Positions 6,559 through 11,607 of a stretch of DNA of 11,607 nt are shown here, in pieces. The position numbers and the translations under genes were made by a program. The DNA lies in the sequence record MN496307.1, one strand, 5' to 3'. Within the stretch, counting starts at the first letter, position 1. Each line of letters opens with the position of its first letter. Under the pieces are notes generated by a model. It was given only the letters and a program-made list of their open reading frames with translations. It was not told where the DNA came from and ran no database searches.

Positions 6559-6726
6559 ATGTATTACCAATGTATAAAGTGCGGACAGATTTTTCCCAAG
6601 AGAAAACAAATAAGGACCCATCTTAGAACACAGCACAAAGTTAATGAAATCGTAGTTGCTTTCTTCATCTCAGCTTTTCCCCACTTTGGGTCTACAGAAA
6701 AAGAAGGGTGGGAATATGATTTATGA
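6559..6726 (+). CDS. C2H2 zinc-finger protein, A45-like, 55 aa (absent from the ORF track)
   Basis: My translation: MYYQCIKCGQIFPKRKQIRTHLRTQHKVNEIVVAFFISAFPHFGSTEKEGWEYDL (CxxC-x12-H-x4-H); SD AGGTGA at 6549-6554. Confidence 0.85.
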   Translation: MYYQCIKCGQIFPKRKQIRTHLRTQHKVNEIVVAFFISAFPHFGSTEKEGWEYDL

Positions 6727-7033
6727 TATAATATTGTTTTGCATACTCGAGTTTCACGATTATTTTAGTACTGTCTTGGCACTAAGAAAAACCCCTCAAA
6801 TGCAAGAGATAAACCCAATACTGCACCCCGTACTTTCTTCACCAATAAAATTTGCAATCTTCAAGTTCGGGGCTGTTACGATTGTAGTCTTGTTGATTCT
6901 GATTTTTTGGGAGCTTAACCCAATAGTCTTTGGATACACATTACTTGGTTTAGAGTTGTTTGAAGGGGCTGTGGTTTGCAATAACTTATATTTTTTATAT
7001 GTTGCCTCTAAAAGTCAGAAAGGGATGGTATGA
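6716..7033 (+). CDS. Small multi-pass membrane protein (DUF5658-like pattern; position of SSV1 c102)
   Basis: ATG at 6716 after GGGTGGG gives 105 aa; D..ST.LAL...E.NP motif followed by hydrophobic helices. Confidence 0.72.
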   Translation: MIYDIILFCILEFHDYFSTVLALRKTPQMQEINPILHPVLSSPIKFAIFKFGAVTIVVLLILIFWELNPIVFGYTLLGLELFEGAVVCNNLYFLYVASKSQKGMV

Positions 7034-7434
7034 TGAGCACTCCAGATACTCCTAATAGAGAATCAGGCGCCAAAAGTAGCCTGATTGATAACCACCCAAA
7101 AATTTCGTTACATGTGACTCGCAAAGAATTGGAAACATACCATAAACTTGACAGAGACAAGAAAAGGCTGATTCGTTCAATAGTTAGAACGTTACTTCAA
7201 CACCCGGAATTGCTAGATTACGCTGACTTCTGGCAAAAGTTTTTCGCAAGTAAGATTGTAAGCGAATATGTCTGCCCGTTGTGTTTGATGCCCTTTCCTA
7301 CCAGATTTTCTCTCATACAGCATATCCGATATGACGAACACGAGACTGAGTGCAAACTTTGCAAGAAGAAGTTTGTGAACACAGACGCGTTAATGGACCA
7401 TATTTGCAAAAAACATAACATCTGCATTTCCTAG
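7030..7434 (+). CDS. b129: SSV1 B129-like double C2H2 zinc-finger protein (core gene)
   Basis: YVCPLCLMPF...H...H and CKLC...HICKKH; last gene of the rightward early operon. Confidence 0.93.
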   Translation: MMSTPDTPNRESGAKSSLIDNHPKISLHVTRKELETYHKLDRDKKRLIRSIVRTLLQHPELLDYADFWQKFFASKIVSEYVCPLCLMPFPTRFSLIQHIRYDEHETECKLCKKKFVNTDALMDHICKKHNICIS

Positions 7435-7442
7435 TTGGGCTC

Positions 7443-7465
7443 TTTATAAAATCATATTCTTTTTT
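7443..7465 (+). promoter_or_regulatory. TATA box for the vp4 operon with an embedded T-tract terminating the rightward early transcript
   Basis: TTTATAAA at 7443-7450, T-run at 7460-7465, ATG at 7474 (31 nt from the first T, same as for a82). Confidence 0.72.
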
Positions 7466-7473
7466 GCCCATTA

Positions 7474-9867
7474 ATGAAGTGGCTACTATTTTTACTGCTA
7501 TTACTAGGAGTTATAACAATAGTAGGACCAACTGTTAATGCTATAGTGGCCCCACCCCCCGGCAGTGGCGGGGCTTATGCTACAACATACAACTTCACAT
7601 TACCAGTTACCACATATACAAAAACATGTCAAGTAGTGCAGAATGGTTCTACTTTCGCTTCAGCTTCATGGCGTAACCCATCGTATGTTAGTGTGTATAA
7701 TACATACTATCTGCAAATATTGCCGAATCAAGAATACATAAACAATAACGTATCACTAGCTCTTTCGGCATCAGTAATCGCATTAAATGCTACTTTTCAA
7801 TTAGCTAGCAGTAGTAACAGCGGAAGTTATGGTGGTGTGGCAATAGGATACGGAACGCTTATAAACCCCCACATGGGTAACTATGGGCCTCAACCCCCAT
7901 ATTATGCTACTGGAATTGTTGTGTGGTTAGAACACGGTGCAATGAGTACATATCATCTATTTGTATTTTACAATGGGCAGATGGTGCTGAATGCCAGTGT
8001 TGGGAGTGTTGCTATTGGTCAGAAATTAGGAATAGGTTTTTGGTACACGTTTGGTCAACCAATAAAGATATACTACTATAATGGTTCTGTGTACACGTAT
8101 AGCTTATCTATATATAATTCTATGGCGACAATAAACAGCTATTATATCATATCAGCTTCTAACGCTGGCCCGGGTTATGGTTATGGGCAATGGGTCCTTT
8201 TAAACATACAGTATTTCCAGACGCAAACGATTACTTACACAGCTACATTTTCTTATTACGCAGTTCAGTTGTCCAATGGCGTTAATGCATTAGTAGCATA
8301 CACTGACGCTTACAACCCAGTAAACATAACTTCTAATGCGTCATATGGTGTTATCGCAATAGTGAAAGAAGTAAACTATAGTGTCAGTAATGCACAATAC
8401 CCCGTTTCTTCACCATTCTCATTTCTTCCTAGCTCTAACGGCATATATATCATAGCTTATTCTTATCCCTTCCCCTCAATAAACTCATACTATATCAACA
8501 TCACATTTAACTTCCAATTCGTGACACCGCAACAAACAGTTTTCAAGAACGTCACAATTCCAGTGATTGTCTTTGCATTTGCATTCGCATTTTCCTATGT
8601 TAAGTTGCCAAACTCTACCTATCTTCCCGGCCAAACTGTGACTTTGACATATTCTGCTAGTCCAAATTATCCGCCAAACATGGGGTACATACCGATTTCA
8701 CCGCCAACAGTCTCAATTGATGCACCCGGTGTTGTACAAGCAAATTACCCTGTTACATTCAAAATACCTAATGTAACAACACCACAAGCATTTAGTTACA
8801 CAATAACGGTGAGTGAAGGTTCTTTCGTTATAGCTACATATAATGGTACGCTGTATGTTATAGTGCCTAACAAACTTCCCGTTATTTTCGTTCAACCTTA
8901 TCCCACTACAGTGACCCAAGGACAAACTCTCAAACTAACATTCCAATTTAGTTATGCCACACCTCTAGAGAACATAAGTACAAGTGTATTTCAAAAAGGG
9001 GCAAATTACTTGTATTTGCCCGCACAAATAGTATCTGCAAATGCGGTCATACAGTTCTACGCATCTTGGAGCAGTTCCAATGATGGCCTAATCATATTCA
9101 CAAATACTGTGAATTACATTATCCCATTCAATGGCACAAACGCACTCACTTTCACAAATAACAGTATAAACACGCTAACAATTTCTGTGTCCAATGGGAC
9201 AATCCTTATTTCAAATGGAGTCAACAAACTGCTACTACAGAACACCTCACCAATTATCGGAATAGGCTTTTACAACCCATACCCAATTAACATTAAATGG
9301 GTATATTTGTTTGGGATTGTCACCCCTACTGCGACTGCGGGTCAATCATATGTGATTCTCATAGGGCAAAACCCATCAACATTGCAACAATACACAACTG
9401 GTTACGTTAATCAGTCAGGGTGGGCTACCGTAAGCATACCGATTACACAGACACCATATGAGCTGATTGATATTGATTGGTATGGCGTGAAATACATCAT
9501 ATTGAATATATCAGTAACTCAACCTACAACTACAACAACACCTACTGTGAATACTTCAACTCTCACTTACAACTACACCCAACCATTCAGCAATAGCATC
9601 CAACCAAATAGCACATTGTATAATTTTGCAAATGCCCAGCCATGGGCGACTGTGATTGGGATAATAGTGGTTGTTGTCATAGCATTATTGGGATGGAAAT
9701 TTGGAAGTCTAAGCGGTGCAATAGGCGGTGCGACAGCGGGCCTAATAATGACAGCTTATCTTGGTTTACTGCCATGGTATCTATTCTACATCTTTGTTCT
9801 CGGAATTGCAATGCTTCTCGCAAAATTGATAGCAGATAAATTCATGAGTGGTGATTCAGATGACTGA
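7474..9867 (+). CDS. vp4: VP4 (C792-like) tail/end-filament glycoprotein
   Basis: 797 aa with signal peptide and conserved NPSYVSVYNTYYLQILPNQEYI; many N-x-S/T sequons, Thr-rich linker, C-terminal TM helices. Confidence 0.93.
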   Translation: MKWLLFLLLLLGVITIVGPTVNAIVAPPPGSGGAYATTYNFTLPVTTYTKTCQVVQNGSTFASASWRNPSYVSVYNTYYLQILPNQEYINNNVSLALSASVIALNATFQLASSSNSGSYGGVAIGYGTLINPHMGNYGPQPPYYATGIVVWLEHGAMSTYHLFVFYNGQMVLNASVGSVAIGQKLGIGFWYTFGQPIKIYYYNGSVYTYSLSIYNSMATINSYYIISASNAGPGYGYGQWVLLNIQYFQTQTITYTATFSYYAVQLSNGVNALVAYTDAYNPVNITSNASYGVIAIVKEVNYSVSNAQYPVSSPFSFLPSSNGIYIIAYSYPFPSINSYYINITFNFQFVTPQQTVFKNVTIPVIVFAFAFAFSYVKLPNSTYLPGQTVTLTYSASPNYPPNMGYIPISPPTVSIDAPGVVQANYPVTFKIPNVTTPQAFSYTITVSEGSFVIATYNGTLYVIVPNKLPVIFVQPYPTTVTQGQTLKLTFQFSYATPLENISTSVFQKGANYLYLPAQIVSANAVIQFYASWSSSNDGLIIFTNTVNYIIPFNGTNALTFTNNSINTLTISVSNGTILISNGVNKLLLQNTSPIIGIGFYNPYPINIKWVYLFGIVTPTATAGQSYVILIGQNPSTLQQYTTGYVNQSGWATVSIPITQTPYELIDIDWYGVKYIILNISVTQPTTTTTPTVNTSTLTYNYTQPFSNSIQPNSTLYNFANAQPWATVIGIIVVVVIALLGWKFGSLSGAIGGATAGLIMTAYLGLLPWYLFYIFVLGIAMLLAKLIADKFMSGDSDD

Positions 9868-10099
9868 TGCAATTAGTTTGGCTTTGGGGACTGGCTTAGG
9901 ACCAATAATAGCGATTGTTATCATTATAGCAATGATGGGATTGACATACAAGATGGCGGGGAAGATTAGTGCAATAATAGTGGGGATAGGGGCTACATTT
10001 GCAATGATGTTTTTAGATTTCATTCCGGTATACTGGGGTGTTGCAATAATTTTCGCTATGATAGCGGGCATATTTGTGGGTGAAAGATATGGGAACTAA
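9860..10099 (+). CDS. b78: SSV1 B78-like membrane protein
   Basis: ATG at 9860 after GGTGA, 79 aa, begins MTDAISLALGTGLGP; hydrophobic throughout. Confidence 0.9.
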   Translation: MTDAISLALGTGLGPIIAIVIIIAMMGLTYKMAGKISAIIVGIGATFAMMFLDFIPVYWGVAIIFAMIAGIFVGERYGN

Positions 10100-10559
10100 A
10101 TTAGTTGTCTATGTTCTATTAGTCGATGTATTGTTGGCACTGATGATAGGTGCGTTCAGTGGAATATCTCTGCCATCTATTCCGCAAACGCCTAGCTATC
10201 AACAAGCTGTACAAACAATGAGCTCAATATCGATTAGTGTGGGGTGGCCCGCTATCACATTAATTCCTAGCTTTAGCATCCTTGGGGCTACAGTCCCAGC
10301 GCTACAAATACCAGCTGTCACATTGTTCTCGTTTAATTTTGGATTCCTAGCACCACTTTATTTCGGCATTCTCGTGGTTGACTGGTTCTTTACTATCATT
10401 TTTGATGTAGTGTCATACATCGTGTCAGTAATCAGTGGCGGTGTCACAATCTTGGTATCTGTTCCGGTAATTGGTCCCTTTTTGACTGCCATTTTAGTGT
10501 TGTTAAACTTCATATTGCTGTGGGAACTACTGAAGCTCATTTTGGGCGTGAGACTATGA
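10089..10559 (+). CDS. c166: SSV1 C166-like membrane protein
   Basis: ATG at 10089 after GGGTGA, begins MGTKLVVYVLL; contains VGWP.ITL and VPVIGPFLTA motifs. Confidence 0.9.
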   Translation: MGTKLVVYVLLVDVLLALMIGAFSGISLPSIPQTPSYQQAVQTMSSISISVGWPAITLIPSFSILGATVPALQIPAVTLFSFNFGFLAPLYFGILVVDWFFTIIFDVVSYIVSVISGGVTILVSVPVIGPFLTAILVLLNFILLWELLKLILGVRL

Positions 10560-10879
10560 CTTACAATGCAAATGAAATAAGGGCCAAGATATTGCGAAAG
10601 AAGATACTGCAGTTGATAGCAGAAAATTACGTTTTGTCTGCCTCGCTGATATCGCACACATTATTATTAAGTTATGCTACGGTCCTAAGGCATCTGCGAA
10701 TCCTTCAAACCGAAGGATACATTGAACTACACAAAGAAGGGCGTACATTATATGCAAAAATTAAACAGAACAGTGAACAAATTCAGATTCTGAATTCAGA
10801 ACTAGGGCTTTTTAAAAAGCCTCAATCCCTGGTAGACTTGAAGAAAAATGAGGTTCGGAAAAAAGTTAGCAAAGGCTGA
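10556..10879 (+). CDS. b115: SSV1 B115-like winged-helix transcription regulator
   Basis: ATG at 10556 in ATGA overlap with the c166 stop; ISHTLLLSYATVLRHLRILQTEGYIEL fits an ArsR/MarR-like wHTH. Confidence 0.9.
   Translation: MTYNANEIRAKILRKKILQLIAENYVLSASLISHTLLLSYATVLRHLRILQTEGYIELHKEGRTLYAKIKQNSEQIQILNSELGLFKKPQSLVDLKKNEVRKKVSKG
10806..10821 (+). promoter_or_regulatory. Putative capsid-operon (T1/T2-like) TATA box inside b115
   Basis: TTTAAAAA at 10811-10818, about 30 nt before the vp1 ATG, within the perfect palindrome GGCTTTTTAAAAAGCC. Confidence 0.62.
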
Positions 10880-11099
10880 AGGAGCAAATATCGGAACTTT
10901 GCTAGGGCTCTTCATATTTATTCTCGTAGGGATTGTGTTACTGCCGATAATAACATCCCAAGTAAATACCTTGACTGGCGGAACTAACCCACAAGTCACC
11001 GGGACAAACGCCACATTGCTAAATCTAGTCCCATTGTTCTACATCTTAGTGCTCTTGATAGTCCCCGCAGTTATCGCATACAAAATCTATCGCCAGTGA
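10848..11099 (+). CDS. vp1: Major capsid protein VP1 (short-leader form)
   Basis: EGANIGTLLGLFIFILVGIVLLP...VTGTNATLLNLVPLFYILVL..PAV.AYKIY; an in-frame TGA at 10839-10841 excludes a longer N-terminal extension. Confidence 0.96.
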   Translation: MRFGKKLAKAEGANIGTLLGLFIFILVGIVLLPIITSQVNTLTGGTNPQVTGTNATLLNLVPLFYILVLLIVPAVIAYKIYRQ

Positions 11100-11112
11100 A
11101 AGGTGATAATGG

Positions 11113-11379
11113 ATGGAGGTAAATCTAAAGCAAATTCTTTTTTTGTTTTTGTTTATCGTCATTGGAGTGGTGCTGTTAAGCCCTATCATGTCATATGTAA
11201 CGACTCTAACAACTCCATATTTTACGACCGTTAGCGGAACTGTGACTTCAACTATTTCAAATTCGCAGTATGTAGGGCCAACTAACGCCACTCTCATATC
11301 ATTAGTACCGATATTCTACATCTTGATACTCTTGGTCGTTCCCGCGGTCCTCGCGTATAAGATGTGGAGGGATGAGTAG
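11113..11379 (+). CDS. vp3: Minor capsid protein VP3
   Basis: VP1 paralogue beginning [21 protein letters not shown], with [15 protein letters not shown]; SD GGTGA at 11102-11106. Confidence 0.95.
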   Translation: MEVNLKQILFLFLFIVIGVVLLSPIMSYVTTLTTPYFTTVSGTVTSTISNSQYVGPTNATLISLVPIFYILILLVVPAVLAYKMWRDE

Positions 11380-11607
11380 ATGGTAGAAAAATGGATTCAA
11401 AAAGCGATAAAGAGGAAAGGCAGAGTGCACAGATATTTAATGCGACTTTACGGAAAACGCGCTTTCAAGAAGAATGGTGACATTAAAATTGAGTACATTA
11501 ATAAAGCAATAAAGCATGTGAAAAGAAGCAAACTTAGTAAGGAAGAGAAAAGAAGCTTATTATCTGCACTTTATCTGGCAAAGCGCCTTAAGAAGATGCA
11601 CAAATAG
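11380..11607 (+). CDS. vp2: VP2 basic DNA-binding virion protein
   Basis: KWIQKAIKRKGRVHRYLMRLYGKRAF...KRSLLSALYLAKRLK closely matches recalled SSV1 VP2. Confidence 0.95.
   Translation: MVEKWIQKAIKRKGRVHRYLMRLYGKRAFKKNGDIKIEYINKAIKHVKRSKLSKEEKRSLLSALYLAKRLKKMHK

Noticed and set aside
6221-7427. Minus-strand ORFs 6221-6517, 6445-6636, 6796-6981 and 7218-7427
   Set aside because: Opposite well-supported rightward early genes, including the two small ORFs identified manually.
10848-10895. Class III (prepilin-type) signal peptide on VP1
   Set aside because: KKLAKA-EGANI lacks a hydrophobic +1 residue and the +5 Glu. Short-leader VP1 forms are, as I recall, common among SSVs.
8713-11297. ORFs 8713-8925, 9642-9839, 9856-10071, 10358-10657, 10802-11014 and 11046-11297
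   Set aside because: Alternative-frame or antisense shadows of structural genes with no recognisable features.

Overview
The window is an archaeal spindle-shaped virus genome (Fuselloviridae, SSV1-like; Sulfolobales host inferred). The integrase is intact with attP inside it, so this is the episomal/virion form, not a provirus. It runs from the a82 promoter to the vp2 stop and may be a complete, unusually small 11.6 kb circle. Order: a82, c84/a92, b277, a154, b251 (+); integrase (-); a 243-nt non-coding gap; leftward early operon (RHH protein, ORF207, d63, d244-like nuclease); e73 cassette; rightward early operon (a100, RHH protein, a45-like zinc finger, membrane protein, b129); then vp4, b78, c166, b115, vp1, vp3, vp2. 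Homolog names come from my recollection of SSV proteins plus synteny, not from a database search. Top leads: (1) a promoter-driven solitary CRISPR-repeat mimic at 3716-3738 (candidate RNA anti-CRISPR or crRNA-like regulator); (2) an attP that looks chimeric (tRNA-Arg(CCG) anticodon loop, tRNA-Gly-type acceptor end); (3) a palindromic octamer array at 3820-3887; (4) an apparent CTG start for a154, in frame behind the b277 stop.
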